A DNA stretch of 64,000 bases from an uncultured Gammaproteobacteria bacterium (GCA_964428655.1 CAYRYE010000001.1:73328-137327); one strand, 5' to 3'; numbered from the stretch's first letter, positions 10,493 to 20,942 are shown. Program-made: numbers and translations. Notes: a model not told the origin generated them from the letters alone.

Positions 10493-10945
10493 CTATTTTT
10501 TATTTAGAGCGATTTTAATAATTTCTTGTAGATAACCTCCGTCTTTGCCAAAATCCAGTTGATCTATTTCGTTCTCTTTTATCCATCGGTAAGTTTGGTG
10601 TTCGCTTAAAGTAATTTGAGGTAGAGCCGGATCGGGCCATTGCAATTTCCAGCCGAGCAAGACGGTATATTTTAATTTGCCAGGATCAAAACCGCTTAAT
10701 ACTGTATTTACCAAAAGTTGTGAAGGATTTGTTTCAAGCCCAGTCTCTTCCTTAATTTCCTTGACAATATCTAACAAATGAGGATTTTCCAGCAAGTTAT
10801 CTGTTTCAGGCCAATTTGAGTTTCCACCCGGCAAATCCCAAGCATTTGGTCTGGAATATTCATCTGACTTTCTTTGTAAAACTAATACTTTATCTCCACA
10901 AACAATTGCCACCTTGTGAAGAAATTTAACATGGTTTGTAAGCAT
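10493..10945 (-). CDS. NUDIX hydrolase
   Basis: WDLPGG...KEIKEETGL Nudix box with short insertion. Confidence 0.85.
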   Translation of the reverse strand: MLTNHVKFLHKVAIVCGDKVLVLQRKSDEYSRPNAWDLPGGNSNWPETDNLLENPHLLDIVKEIKEETGLETNPSQLLVNTVLSGFDPGKLKYTVLLGWKLQWPDPALPQITLSEHQTYRWIKENEIDQLDFGKDGGYLQEIIKIALNKK

Positions 10946-11070
10946 AAATTCTTTTTTATCTGGATCTATCACTCTTTTTTTTTGGCCTTTATTTTGATTT
11001 ATATTTTACACCAAGATATCCTAGGAGTATACAAAATTTTCTCTATTGGGGATTTTTCCCGGTGTTGAAC

Positions 11071-13278
11071 TTATTGGGCGTTTACTCTTACTGTTTCTTC
11101 GCGGGGAGGACAGTCAAAGCAGATGATTGTGCCTAGGGGATCAGTGACAATCTGATGCTCTTGCCATTCAAGGTTTCCTGCCTCGCCGGCCGGCAGGTCT
11201 TTTTGTTCTCCAGGTTGAACTGGCCAGCCAGTATCTTTATCAATTAAAACCGCTTGACGAATTGGTTTTGATTTAGGAACTGTGCCTTGAATGAAAAATT
11301 CATAGCGCGATTCGCAACCTTCTTCCGGCGGAAGAGTCCCAGTTAGATTGCAAACGCTGGCGCCGGTGATATTATTCGGCTTAGTAGCCCATTCTTGCTT
11401 TTCGTCTTTTAAGATATATGTCATCACTTTATTCCATATTGGTGAAGCGCCGGTAATTCCGGAAGCAACCCAACCCATAGGAGTATTGTCATTGTTTCCT
11501 ACCCAAACAGCAGCCACATAGCTTGGAGTGTAACCAATAGTCCAATTATCTCTTTTGTCATTAGTCGTTCCTGTTTTAACTGCTACTTCAGGGTGATTTT
11601 TAACAACTAATAGTGAACTGGATCCAAAAGCCGCTGATCTGGCATTATTATCAAGAAGAATATGGCCGACTAAGTAGGCGGCTTCCATTGGCAAAACTCG
11701 CTTACCGGTTGACTCTTGGCGTTCTTCAAGAATTTTACCTTGACGATTTTCAATCTTAAGAATAGAAACTAAGTTTTTTCTCACTCCTAGGTTGGCTAAG
11801 GTACCAAAAGCCGTGGCCATCTCAGTCATTTTTACTTCTCCGCCGCCCAGTGTTAAAGAAAGGCCAAATTCTGAGGATTCTCTAGCGCTTAAATTATCTA
11901 ATCCCATCGCCGAAGCAGAGGTGATAAAAGTTTTGATCCCATTCAAAGCGAGGACTCTGACTGCTGGAATGTTGAAAGAATTGCCTAAGGCAAAACGAGC
12001 CTGGGCTGGACCATGGAAAAGGCCGTCGTAATTTCTAGGACAATATAGCTTTGGCCCGCCAGTGAAACAGGTTGGAACATCAGCTAAAACGGTTGAGGGA
12101 GTGATTTTTTTCAAAGCAAAACCAGTGGCATAATTTAAAGGTTTAATAGCTGATCCGGGTTGACGCAGGGCCGTGGTGACATTAAATTTCCCATCAATAT
12201 CATCGGCAAAATAATCTTTTGAACCTACCATGGCCAGAATCTCGCCGCTTTTAGGATTAGTGACCAGGACGGCGCCGTTGGAAACCTTGGCTGTTTTTAA
12301 TTTAGCCATTTCGGAAGCCACAGTGGCTTGGGCAAATTCTTGAGTATCAAGGTCTAAAGTAGTAGTGACTTTAAATCCGCCCTGAGTAGCCATTTGCTGG
12401 CCGTATTTTTCAGTTAATTGTTCCTTGACATAAAAAACAAAATGGGGTGCTTTTATCTTGGTTCCCGGACTGGCAAAGTTTATTTTTTTTTCTTTAGCTT
12501 TTTGATAAGTTTCTTGGTCAATTTTCTCTAAGTCTTTCATTAGTGATAAAACTACTGTCTGTCGATTTTTGGCTCGATCAGGGTGAATAAACGGAGAGTA
12601 GGTGGTTGGGGCGGCTGGTAGCCCGGCTAAAAGAGCTGCTTCAGCCAAAGTTAATTCTTTGGCGCTTTTACCAAAAAAGGTGCGGCTGGCGGTTTCGATT
12701 CCGTATGAAGTTCCTCCGTAAGGAATTTGATTAAAGTACATTTCTAAGATTTGATCTTTAGAATAAAGGGCTTCAGTTAGGGCCGTTAAAATAGCCTCTT
12801 TGATTTTTCTAGTTAGAGTTCTTTTAGGAGTCAGAAGGACATTTTTAACTAACTGTTGGGTGATAGTTGACCCACCTTGAAGTTTACGGCGAAAAACGAT
12901 ATTGATGAAAGCTCGACTGATTCCTCTTAGGTCAAAGCCAGAATGCTGATAGAAATTCTTATCCTCAATTGCTAAAGTGGCATCAATTAGATGTTGGGGC
13001 AGTTCATCTAATTTGATTAGAATTCGATTTCGCTCACTGTAGATTTCATAAAGCAGTTCTTCGTTACGATCATAAATCTCTGTTGAAGCCGGATAGGGGA
13101 AATCGCTCAGTCGTCGTGGTGAGGGCAAGGAATTAAGGATAAAAATAAAAAAACCTGTTCCCAACAAGAAAAGACCAACCAGTATTGGTTTTTTAAAATA
13201 GCCAATTAATTTAACAATTTTAATTAAAATTGACCTTTTGATAATTCTCCTTTTTTTCTTAGATTTCTTTTTGGCCAT
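11071..13278 (-). CDS. Class A penicillin-binding protein (second paralog)
   Basis: EDKNFYQH, GGSTITQQLVKN, RQPGSAIK, SFN, KTGT. Confidence 0.96.
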   Translation of the reverse strand: MAKKKSKKKRRIIKRSILIKIVKLIGYFKKPILVGLFLLGTGFFIFILNSLPSPRRLSDFPYPASTEIYDRNEELLYEIYSERNRILIKLDELPQHLIDATLAIEDKNFYQHSGFDLRGISRAFINIVFRRKLQGGSTITQQLVKNVLLTPKRTLTRKIKEAILTALTEALYSKDQILEMYFNQIPYGGTSYGIETASRTFFGKSAKELTLAEAALLAGLPAAPTTYSPFIHPDRAKNRQTVVLSLMKDLEKIDQETYQKAKEKKINFASPGTKIKAPHFVFYVKEQLTEKYGQQMATQGGFKVTTTLDLDTQEFAQATVASEMAKLKTAKVSNGAVLVTNPKSGEILAMVGSKDYFADDIDGKFNVTTALRQPGSAIKPLNYATGFALKKITPSTVLADVPTCFTGGPKLYCPRNYDGLFHGPAQARFALGNSFNIPAVRVLALNGIKTFITSASAMGLDNLSARESSEFGLSLTLGGGEVKMTEMATAFGTLANLGVRKNLVSILKIENRQGKILEERQESTGKRVLPMEAAYLVGHILLDNNARSAAFGSSSLLVVKNHPEVAVKTGTTNDKRDNWTIGYTPSYVAAVWVGNNDNTPMGWVASGITGASPIWNKVMTYILKDEKQEWATKPNNITGASVCNLTGTLPPEEGCESRYEFFIQGTVPKSKPIRQAVLIDKDTGWPVQPGEQKDLPAGEAGNLEWQEHQIVTDPLGTIICFDCPPREETVRVNAQ

Positions 13279-13304
13279 TTATTTCTTTCGCAGTGTAGCG
13301 AAGG

Positions 13305-13390
13305 CGGAGGAGGCGGGATTCGAACCCGCGTAGCCCAATTAGGGCTCAGGATTAGCAATCCTGCGCAATTGACCTCTATGCGACTCCTCC
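13305..13390 (-). tRNA. tRNA-Ser(GCT)
   Basis: Acceptor GGAGGAG/CTCCTCC, anticodon arm CAGGA-TTGCTAA-TCCTG, long variable arm, GTTCGAATC. Confidence 0.95.
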
Positions 13391-13429
13391 CGTTTGACTT
13401 AGGATTAGCGTTATTCTATCATTTTCTCA

Positions 13430-13984
13430 GTGTCTAAATCAAAAACTCCCAGGCCAGAAACTGTTGATCGCCAACCGCTAGAGGTACTCCCAGTAAAAGA
13501 GGAAAGGGTTCTTTTTGAGTGGAAGGCCTTAGAAAGGCCATATCAGCGGAAAGATAAGGAATTTTGGACTACAGTTTTGTCTGTTCTTGGTCTAGTTTCT
13601 TTGATTTTATTTTTTGTTAAAGAATGGTTCCTAATTGCTGCCTTGGTAGCTCTGGTTTTTCTTTATTATGTTTTAACAACAGTTCCTCCTCAGAAGGCGA
13701 AATACAAACTAACTACTCGGGGGATATATTTTTCTCCTAGTCAGAGAATTGATTGGGAAGTGCTTCGCCGGTTTTGGATTGACGAAAAATGGGGACATTC
13801 TCTTTTGCACCTTGAAACTTGGCTCAAATTTCCCCGAGTGATTAGTTTGGTATTTTCCAAAGCAGAAGGGAAGAAAATTCTTGAGATTTTAAGAAAATAT
13901 ATTCCTCAAGAAAAGACTTCACCCAATTTCCTTGATAAATTCTCCTCTTGGCTTTCTAAAAAATTTCCTCTAGAAACCAAATAA
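13430..13984 (+). CDS. Two-TM membrane protein (DUF5673-like)
   Basis: LFEWKALERP..R..EFW, two TM helices, soluble C-terminal domain. Confidence 0.7.
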   Translation: MSKSKTPRPETVDRQPLEVLPVKEERVLFEWKALERPYQRKDKEFWTTVLSVLGLVSLILFFVKEWFLIAALVALVFLYYVLTTVPPQKAKYKLTTRGIYFSPSQRIDWEVLRRFWIDEKWGHSLLHLETWLKFPRVISLVFSKAEGKKILEILRKYIPQEKTSPNFLDKFSSWLSKKFPLETK

Positions 13985-14001
13985 ATGATAAAATAGGCTA
14001 T

Positions 14002-14073
14002 GTCCCTGTAGTTCAATGGATAGAACATCGGTTTCCGGAACCGAAAATGGGGGTTCGATTCCCTTCAGGGATA
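14002..14073 (+). tRNA. tRNA-Arg(CCG)
   Basis: Cloverleaf; anticodon arm TCGGT-TTCCGGA-ACCGA; GTTCGATTC; CCA not encoded. Confidence 0.95.
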
Positions 14074-14145
14074 CTATTTCTCCTTTCATTTAGGAGCTCT
14101 GCTAGAGAGGTTGATAGATAGGGGTAATTAATGTATAGTGACTTT

Positions 14146-15186
14146 ATGAAAAGGGTTTTTCTTAAAAAACATGTTCGTGAAGTGTACTTTAAGAAAATAA
14201 AGGATGTTTCTAGGATAAGTTGGAGTATTTTAGCCAGAAAGTTGGGTTATTCAGAAAGGAATTTATTTGATTGGCGCATTGGAAAATATAGCATGCCAAA
14301 AAAGGTCATCACCGAGATAGAAAATTTATTTAGTGTTTTCCCCAAAGAATTAAGCGAGAAGTCAGAGTATTGGCACACAAAGATGGCTGGGAGATTGGGA
14401 GCGGTTACTAGAAATAAAAAGTATGGTAACCCGGGAACCAAAAAGGGTAGAAAAAAAGGTGGAGAGAGATCAATGATCACTCATAAACGTGATAATACTG
14501 GTTTTGTTATAGAAAAAAATATTGTTATCCCTAGAAGATCAACAATTCTTTCTGAATTCATTGGTATTGTGCTAGGTGATGGAAGTATTTCTAATTACCA
14601 GGTTACAATTTATCTAAATCTGTCTGATGATTATAACTATGCACTTAGTCTAATTTCTCTGGTCAAAGATTTATTTGGCATTGACGTTTCTGTCTTAAAA
14701 AGAAAAGAAATGTCTGTGATTGCTTTAATTATCTCTTCGAAGCAGTTAGTGAAATTTTTAGTTGGAAAAAACGATTTAACTATAGGTAATAAAGTTAAAA
14801 ACCAGATAAGGATTCCATCATGGATAATGACCAAGAAGTGCTGGCAAGCAGCTTGTTTACGGGGGCTTTTTGACACTGACGGTTGTGTCTATCTTGATAA
14901 TCATGTAATAAATAAAAAAGTCTATAAAAATTTAGGTTTGGTTTTTAGTTCTTCATCTCGGCCGCTACTTGAAGATATTAATGCTAGTTTGATTGTAAAT
15001 TGCTTTTCTCCTACCGACTCGCATGGTGGGAACAAAATAATGTTAAGGAGGGAAAATGAAATAACCAGATTTTTTGCTAAAATAAAACCTAGAAATCCCA
15101 AGCATACAAAAAGGTTTAGAAAGTTTATGAGGGAGAGGTACCGAAGTGGACACAACGGGACTGCCTCGAAAGCAGTTAGAGATTAA
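14146..15186 (+). CDS. HTH plus double LAGLIDADG endonuclease-like protein
   Basis: N-terminal HTH; EFIGIVLGDG and CLRGLFDTDG motifs; 3' end overlaps tRNA-Ser. Confidence 0.88.
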   Translation: MKRVFLKKHVREVYFKKIKDVSRISWSILARKLGYSERNLFDWRIGKYSMPKKVITEIENLFSVFPKELSEKSEYWHTKMAGRLGAVTRNKKYGNPGTKKGRKKGGERSMITHKRDNTGFVIEKNIVIPRRSTILSEFIGIVLGDGSISNYQVTIYLNLSDDYNYALSLISLVKDLFGIDVSVLKRKEMSVIALIISSKQLVKFLVGKNDLTIGNKVKNQIRIPSWIMTKKCWQAACLRGLFDTDGCVYLDNHVINKKVYKNLGLVFSSSSRPLLEDINASLIVNCFSPTDSHGGNKIMLRRENEITRFFAKIKPRNPKHTKRFRKFMRERYRSGHNGTASKAVRD

Positions 15187-15222
15187 TTCTCTACGTGGGT
15201 TCGAATCCCACCCTCTCCGCCA
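15132..15222 (+). tRNA. tRNA-Ser(CGA)
   Basis: GGAGAGG/CCTCTCC acceptor, ACTGC-CTCGAAA-GCAGT, variable arm, encoded CCA. Confidence 0.95.
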
Positions 15223-15271
15223 ATCAATGTTAGGCTCGCGCTTTGTGAAAGATTGGTATAATTGATGTCAT

Positions 15272-16345
15272 ATGACTCTTTTTTTTAATGCCGTTTTCCT
15301 TTTGGCCGGTGCTATTATTGGTGCCGGAGTTTTTGCTCTTCCTTATGTTTTTTCCCGTTCAGGTTTTTTACCAAGTTTAGTGGGAGTTTTGTTTTTAGGG
15401 GCGCTGATGACGGTTTTAAATCTTTTTTATTGTCAAATTATTCTTAAAACTAAAGGCGATCATCAGCTGCCTGGTTATGTTAAAAAATATCTGGGAGAAA
15501 AGACAGCTAAACTGGCTGTTTTGGCAATGTTGATTTCTATCAATGGGGCCTTACTGGCCTATGTTATTTTAGGTGGTGATTTTTTAGCTTTATCATTTGG
15601 GCAGTTAGCAGCCAGCTTTTATAATCTTTGTTTTTATGTTTTAGGAATTTGGTTTTTTTGGCGAGGATTTAAATTTTTGACAAAAATAGAATTTTGGCTA
15701 ACAGTTGGCCTGATTGTTTTAATGATTGCAATTCCAATTTCCTTGACTGGATTTATTCATGCAGAAAACTATGTTTTAATTACCAGCAAACCTTTGTTTT
15801 TTTGGGGAACAGCTTTGTTTGCCTTGACTGGTTTTTCTGTTATTCCTGAAGTTGAAGAAATTTTGTGCAAAAAGCGCCATTTATTAATACCAACAGTGAT
15901 TGTTGGCAGTTTGATTCCAATTATTCTTTACTTTGCTTTTGGCTTTAGTGTTTGGGGTGTTAGCGGCGCGATGACCACCGCTGATGCTCTTTCCGGCCTA
16001 GTTACTTTTTTTCCGTCTTTAATTCGTTTCGGAGCAGTTGTTGGTTTATTAGCCTTAATGACTTCGTTTTTAGCTTTGACTAATGTTGCTAAAGAGGTTT
16101 ATTTTCGTGATTTAAAATTTAAGGAGAAAAAGGCTAAATTTTTAGCTGTTCTTCCATCGTTTTTTGGTGTCTTTTTGTCAATCGAGGGTTTTATTAAAAT
16201 AATTTCTTTCACTGGCGCAGTTGGTCTGGTAATTTCAGGCAGTTTAATCTGTTTGATGTTTGCCAAACTACAGCCAAGATTTAAATGGCTGGCCTGGCTG
16301 GTTAGTTTATTTTTTATTTTAGGTGCGATAGCGAGTTCGCAATAG
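15272..16345 (+). CDS. Aromatic amino acid permease family transporter
   Basis: IIGAGVFALPY TM1 motif, about 11 TM helices, TSFL. Confidence 0.85.
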   Translation: MTLFFNAVFLLAGAIIGAGVFALPYVFSRSGFLPSLVGVLFLGALMTVLNLFYCQIILKTKGDHQLPGYVKKYLGEKTAKLAVLAMLISINGALLAYVILGGDFLALSFGQLAASFYNLCFYVLGIWFFWRGFKFLTKIEFWLTVGLIVLMIAIPISLTGFIHAENYVLITSKPLFFWGTALFALTGFSVIPEVEEILCKKRHLLIPTVIVGSLIPIILYFAFGFSVWGVSGAMTTADALSGLVTFFPSLIRFGAVVGLLALMTSFLALTNVAKEVYFRDLKFKEKKAKFLAVLPSFFGVFLSIEGFIKIISFTGAVGLVISGSLICLMFAKLQPRFKWLAWLVSLFFILGAIASSQ

Positions 16346-16347
16346 AA

Positions 16348-17064
16348 ATGAATCAAAAGATTCCTGAATTATCAATTATTATTCCTGCCTACAATGAAGA
16401 GAAGTTTATTTCAAAATGTTTGGATTGTGTTTTGAAACAGAAAACAAATATTCCTTATGAAGTGATTGTTGTTAACAATAATTCTAGTGACAGAACCGGG
16501 GAAATAGCGATTGGTAAAGGAGTGAAAGTTGTTGATGAAAAAAAACAGGGAGTGACGGTGGCAAAAAATACTGGGGCAAAAGTGGCCCGCGGAAAAGTTT
16601 TAGTTTTTGTGGATGCTGATTGCTTGGCCCCTTCAAGCTATATAGGGAGAATAATAAAAAATTTTTCCACTCATCCTGAGGCAGACGTTGTTGGCGGCCC
16701 TTATATTTATTATGACGGAGGGGTGTTTATTAGGTGGATAACAGAAAGACTCAATTATTATTATTGGTACTTTAGGCTAATTAAATTGTTTTTTGGTGTT
16801 GAAGCATGTTCGGGTGGAAATATGGCGATAAAAAAGAATGTATTTGATAAAATTGGTGGCTTTAATGAAAAACTCGAAGAACTTACTGACATTGTTCCTC
16901 CCGATGATCTGGAGATTTGCATAAGGCTTAAAAAATCAGATTTTAAACTTTATTATGACAAAAACAATAAAGTTTTAAGCTCTTTTAGAAGGGCTAAAAG
17001 ATCGCCAATAAAAGATTCTTTGAAAAGAGCCTGTTTATCATTAAGACTTCTAATATCGGGTTGA
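16348..17064 (+). CDS. Glycosyltransferase family 2
   Basis: IIPAYNEE, VFVDAD, GGF.E, DLE. Confidence 0.93.
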   Translation: MNQKIPELSIIIPAYNEEKFISKCLDCVLKQKTNIPYEVIVVNNNSSDRTGEIAIGKGVKVVDEKKQGVTVAKNTGAKVARGKVLVFVDADCLAPSSYIGRIIKNFSTHPEADVVGGPYIYYDGGVFIRWITERLNYYYWYFRLIKLFFGVEACSGGNMAIKKNVFDKIGGFNEKLEELTDIVPPDDLEICIRLKKSDFKLYYDKNNKVLSSFRRAKRSPIKDSLKRACLSLRLLISG

Positions 17065-17085
17065 TGAAAGTGATAAAATATCTTA

Positions 17086-18867
17086 ATGGATCAAGTTGAA
17101 GAGATTAAGACAAGGATAGACATTGTTGCTTTGATTTCTGAATATTTGCCTTTAAAAAAAGCTGGCCGAAATTTTAATACCCTATGTCCCTTTCATAGTG
17201 AGAAAACGCCTTCTTTCATCATTTCTCCAGAGCTGCAGATTTTTAAATGTTTTGGTTGTGGCGAATCAGGCGATGCTATTAAATTCTTACAGCTTTATGA
17301 AAAAATGGATTTTTGGGAAGCGCTTGAATTTTTAGCTCGGAGAACAGGGATAAAATTGATCCGCCGCCGACTTTCAGGGGACGAAAAGTTTAAAAAACGA
17401 CTCTATGAAATTAATCATTTAGCCACGGAGTTTTATCACTTTCTTTTAGTTGAGCATGAAATTGGCAAGAAAGCCTTAGATTATGTTCTGAAAAGAGGTT
17501 TTAAAAAAGAAACGATCGAAAAGTTTCAGCTAGGTTTTTCACCGGCCAAACCGGACGCAGTGACTGATTTTTTAACAAAGAAAGGCTATTCCACTCCCGA
17601 GATTTCCCAAGCGGGTTTGATTTTTCCAGCCAGGAATGGGGGTTATTGGGATAGGTTTCGCCAACGGTTGATATTTCCTCTTCACGACCATCGAGGTAAT
17701 ATTATTGGTTTTTCCGGTCGAGTGATTCCCGGAATTTCCCCTTCTAAAATAGCAAAATATATTAATACTCCGGAAACCAAACTCTATCATAAAGGAAGAA
17801 GCCTTTATGGGTTTTGGTTAAATAGAGATCAGATTCGTGAAAAAAAAGAAATAGTAGTGGTCGAAGGAGAAACTGATGTAATTTCTTCCTACCAGGCTGG
17901 GGTAAAAAATGTGGTGGCTATCAAGGGAACTGCTTTTACCAATGATCAAGCAAAATTAATCCGTCGTTTTGCTGAGACAGCAATCTTAGCCTTGGATGCG
18001 GATGCGGCTGGCGGCGAGGCAATTAAGAGAAGCGCCCAAGTTGCTGAAACAGTTGGCTTGGATGTTAAGATTGGTGTTTTGCCAAAAGGGTTTCACGATT
18101 TAGACGAGTTAGCCCAAAGGGCCCCTAAGACTTTAAAAAAACTAATTGCGAAGCCAGTAGCGGTTTGGGATTTTGTTGTTGATCTTGCTTTTGTTAAAAA
18201 AGATTTAAGAGATCCTGGAGCTAAAAAGAGAGTTCTTATTGAAGCACTGCCGTTTTTAGTTGAGATTGAAAATGAAGTAGTCAAGAATCATTATTTCCAA
18301 AAGCTGGCTCGAAGATTGGGAGTTGATCTTGAGGCGATTCTAATTGAGGTAGAAAAGATTAAAAGCAAAAGCGATTCAACTAGAGGGCAAGAATATCTGG
18401 ATATTACCAAAACTTCACAAACAAGGAGGTATTTATTAGAGAGGTATTTGTTGACACTCATCTTTTCTCAACAGAAATGGAAATGGTTTAAAGACAAATC
18501 ATGGTTTGACCTGATTGCTAATCCTTTATTTAAGCGGATTATTAGTTTGGCTCATAAATCTCTTGGTAAAAAAAGAAAATTAGCTGTTAGGGACTTTTTT
18601 ACTGGTCTCCCTGGGGAGTTAAGGGCTGGTTTTGAAAGAATTTATCTCGATTCTCAGCAAGAGAGAAAAGAGGAAGAGGATATTGATAAGGTTATCCTTT
18701 CCTTGAAAGAAGAGAATTTGCGTCAAAGATTATCAGAGCTTGCTTTAGAAATCTCTTGTTCCGAGAAGGAAGGTAAACCTAAAAGGCTTAATAAACTAGA
18801 AAGGGAATTTGTCAACATTGGCCGCCAGATAGTGAATTTGCAGAAAAATGCAAAAGTGGTGATATAA
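17086..18867 (+). CDS. dnaG: DNA primase
   Basis: CPFH.EKTPSF..CFGC zinc finger, KYINTPET, VEG..D, LDAD. Confidence 0.98.
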   Translation: MDQVEEIKTRIDIVALISEYLPLKKAGRNFNTLCPFHSEKTPSFIISPELQIFKCFGCGESGDAIKFLQLYEKMDFWEALEFLARRTGIKLIRRRLSGDEKFKKRLYEINHLATEFYHFLLVEHEIGKKALDYVLKRGFKKETIEKFQLGFSPAKPDAVTDFLTKKGYSTPEISQAGLIFPARNGGYWDRFRQRLIFPLHDHRGNIIGFSGRVIPGISPSKIAKYINTPETKLYHKGRSLYGFWLNRDQIREKKEIVVVEGETDVISSYQAGVKNVVAIKGTAFTNDQAKLIRRFAETAILALDADAAGGEAIKRSAQVAETVGLDVKIGVLPKGFHDLDELAQRAPKTLKKLIAKPVAVWDFVVDLAFVKKDLRDPGAKKRVLIEALPFLVEIENEVVKNHYFQKLARRLGVDLEAILIEVEKIKSKSDSTRGQEYLDITKTSQTRRYLLERYLLTLIFSQQKWKWFKDKSWFDLIANPLFKRIISLAHKSLGKKRKLAVRDFFTGLPGELRAGFERIYLDSQQERKEEEDIDKVILSLKEENLRQRLSELALEISCSEKEGKPKRLNKLEREFVNIGRQIVNLQKNAKVVI

Positions 18868-18876
18868 TTAGTCACT

Positions 18877-19965
18877 ATGCCAGCTAAGATTGATTTCAAA
18901 AGTATTGTTCGTAAACTGGTTGCTCGGGGAAGGAGAAAAGGCTATTTAACTCAGGATGAAATTCTTAGTTTAATTCCTAGGCCTGAGCTTTATATTAACG
19001 AATTAGATAGTATTTATGACAACATTTTTACCAAAGGCATTGATGTTTTTGATGGTATTAGCGCGAGCGAAGTTCGCGAAGTTGAGGCAAGCAGCAGAAA
19101 GTCAACCATCTCCGCCTTAGCTTTTTTATCAGGGACAAAATCAGCAGACCCAGTGAGAATGTATCTTCGAGAGATTGGTAAGGTTTCTCTTTTGGTTGCT
19201 GAGGATGAAGTAAGGTTAGCGCAGCAGATAGAAAAAGGTTCTGACAGAGCGAGGAAGGAATTGACTCAAGCTAATTTGAGGCTAGTTGTTTCTATTGCCA
19301 AGAAATACATTGGTCGTGGTTTGTCCTTTTTAGATTTAATTCAGGAAGGCAACCAAGGGTTAATGAGAGCGGTAGAAAAATTTGATTGGCGAAGAGGCTT
19401 TAAATTCTCTACCTATGCCACCTGGTGGATCAGACAAGCGATCACTCGAGCTATTGCCGATCAGGCTAGGACAATTCGAATCCCGGTTCATATGGTGGAA
19501 ACAATTAACCGGGTGTATAAAGCCTCCAGAAGGTTAACTCAAGAACTTGGCAGAGAACCTGAAATTGAGGAAATTGCCAAGAGGGCTGAATTACCAATTG
19601 AAAAAATCAGAGATATTTATCGAATTTCTCAAAACACTACTTCTTTGGCAACACCAGTTGGGGATGATGAGGACTCGTTTTTAGGTGATTTTATTGAGGA
19701 TGTTACCCAGCCTTCTCCATACGAGGAAACTTCAAAAGAGTTACTCAAGGAGTCAATTGAGGATGTTTTGAATAGTCTTGATTCTCGAGAGGCAGAGGTT
19801 TTAATTTTACGATTTGGTCTTAGAAACGAGTCGCCAAAAACACTTGAAGAAGTGGGAAGAGTTTTTGGTGTTACTAGAGAAAGGATTCGCCAGATTGAGG
19901 CAAAGGCGATTCGTAAACTTCGTCATCCCTCAAGGCGTAAGGGTCTCAGAGATTTTTTGGATTGA
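18877..19965 (+). CDS. rpoD: Primary sigma factor
   Basis: [47 protein letters not shown]. Confidence 0.97.
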   Translation: MPAKIDFKSIVRKLVARGRRKGYLTQDEILSLIPRPELYINELDSIYDNIFTKGIDVFDGISASEVREVEASSRKSTISALAFLSGTKSADPVRMYLREIGKVSLLVAEDEVRLAQQIEKGSDRARKELTQANLRLVVSIAKKYIGRGLSFLDLIQEGNQGLMRAVEKFDWRRGFKFSTYATWWIRQAITRAIADQARTIRIPVHMVETINRVYKASRRLTQELGREPEIEEIAKRAELPIEKIRDIYRISQNTTSLATPVGDDEDSFLGDFIEDVTQPSPYEETSKELLKESIEDVLNSLDSREAEVLILRFGLRNESPKTLEEVGRVFGVTRERIRQIEAKAIRKLRHPSRRKGLRDFLD

Positions 19966-19975
19966 TCATAAAAAA

Positions 19976-20554
19976 ATGATAATAAGAAGTTTTATCGCCG
20001 TACCCTTGCCGGTTAAGACCAGAAATTTTTTAGCTAAGATTCAGGAACAGCTAAAACAGAAAGTATCCAAAAAAAGATTTAAGTGGGTGGAAAAGAAGAA
20101 TTTCCATCAGACATTGATCTTTCTTGGAAATGTTGATGAGAAGAGAATTCCCGAAATTAAGAATTTTATGAAGCAGTTGAGTAAAAATCGCCCCTTAGAG
20201 CTATCATTAGCACGGGTGAGTTTTTTCCCCGATCAGCGAAGGATAAAAATTGCCTGGGTTAGTTTGAGTGGTCAGACAGCCAGGCTTTCTCGGTTATGTC
20301 ATAAATTAAGAATGTCTCTTCAATTGGCGGGTTTCAGTTTTGACACTCGATTTTCACCTCATATTACTTTAGGCAGAACGCGTTCATTAAGTGCGAAATT
20401 GATTTTCTCTAAAAAATGTTTATCTGGAATTTATGATTTTCTTCATGAGAATGACACTTCTTTTATAGCCAACAAGGTGGTTTTTTATAAGAGTGAATTA
20501 ACACCCAGAGGTCCAGTCTATACTCCGATTTTTCAGGTGAAATTGACAAGTTAA
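19976..20554 (+). CDS. thpR: RNA 2',3'-cyclic phosphodiesterase (2H family)
   Basis: HQT and HIT motifs, C-terminal S.LT..GPVY; start ATG 19976. Confidence 0.9.
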   Translation: MIIRSFIAVPLPVKTRNFLAKIQEQLKQKVSKKRFKWVEKKNFHQTLIFLGNVDEKRIPEIKNFMKQLSKNRPLELSLARVSFFPDQRRIKIAWVSLSGQTARLSRLCHKLRMSLQLAGFSFDTRFSPHITLGRTRSLSAKLIFSKKCLSGIYDFLHENDTSFIANKVVFYKSELTPRGPVYTPIFQVKLTS

Positions 20555-20576
20555 AACAATGTGATAGAATATATCC

Positions 20577-20865
20577 AAAAGCGCTGAGTTGGGAGAATGG
20601 GCCCAGCAAGTAAGGATTTTTCTTACGCGCTGCTTGGTGAATCGGTCCCGATAAGTGAATAGTATCGGGGAAAGTAGTCAAGCCGGCAGGAATCCGTGAT
20701 CATATTTCAGACCGATGTCAGTCCTGATGTTAGATCGGGAAATTAACGGAGTCGGTTACAGAGTCTGATACTGCAAAGTATTAGGAGAAGCAAGGTGGTA
20801 CCGTCTTCAAAAAAAGAAGGCCCTTGTCAGTCCCGATAAAATCGGGATTAGCAAGGGCTTTTTTA
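20577..20865 (+). promoter_or_regulatory. T-box riboswitch, predicted Trp specifier, very short Stem I
   Basis: AAGGTGGTACCG at 20792-20803; terminator GCCCTTG...CAAGGGC+T run; GAA/AGTA Stem II; GTTGGG-AGAATGGG-CCCAGC hairpin. Confidence 0.85.
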
Positions 20866-20868
20866 TTT

Positions 20869-20939
20869 GGGAACGTAGCTCAAGGGTAGAGTGCTCGTCT
20901 CCAAAACGAGTGGTGAGGGTTCAAGTCCCTCCGTTCCTA
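20869..20939 (+). tRNA. tRNA-Trp(CCA)
   Basis: CTCGT-CTCCAAA-ACGAG anticodon arm; GTTCAAGTC; discriminator A; CCA not encoded. Confidence 0.93.
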
Positions 20940-20942
20940 CTT

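Noticed and set aside
19814-19975. N-terminal extension of thpR in the ORF track
   Set aside because: Overlaps the rpoD 3' end; the 2H domain starts at ATG 19976.
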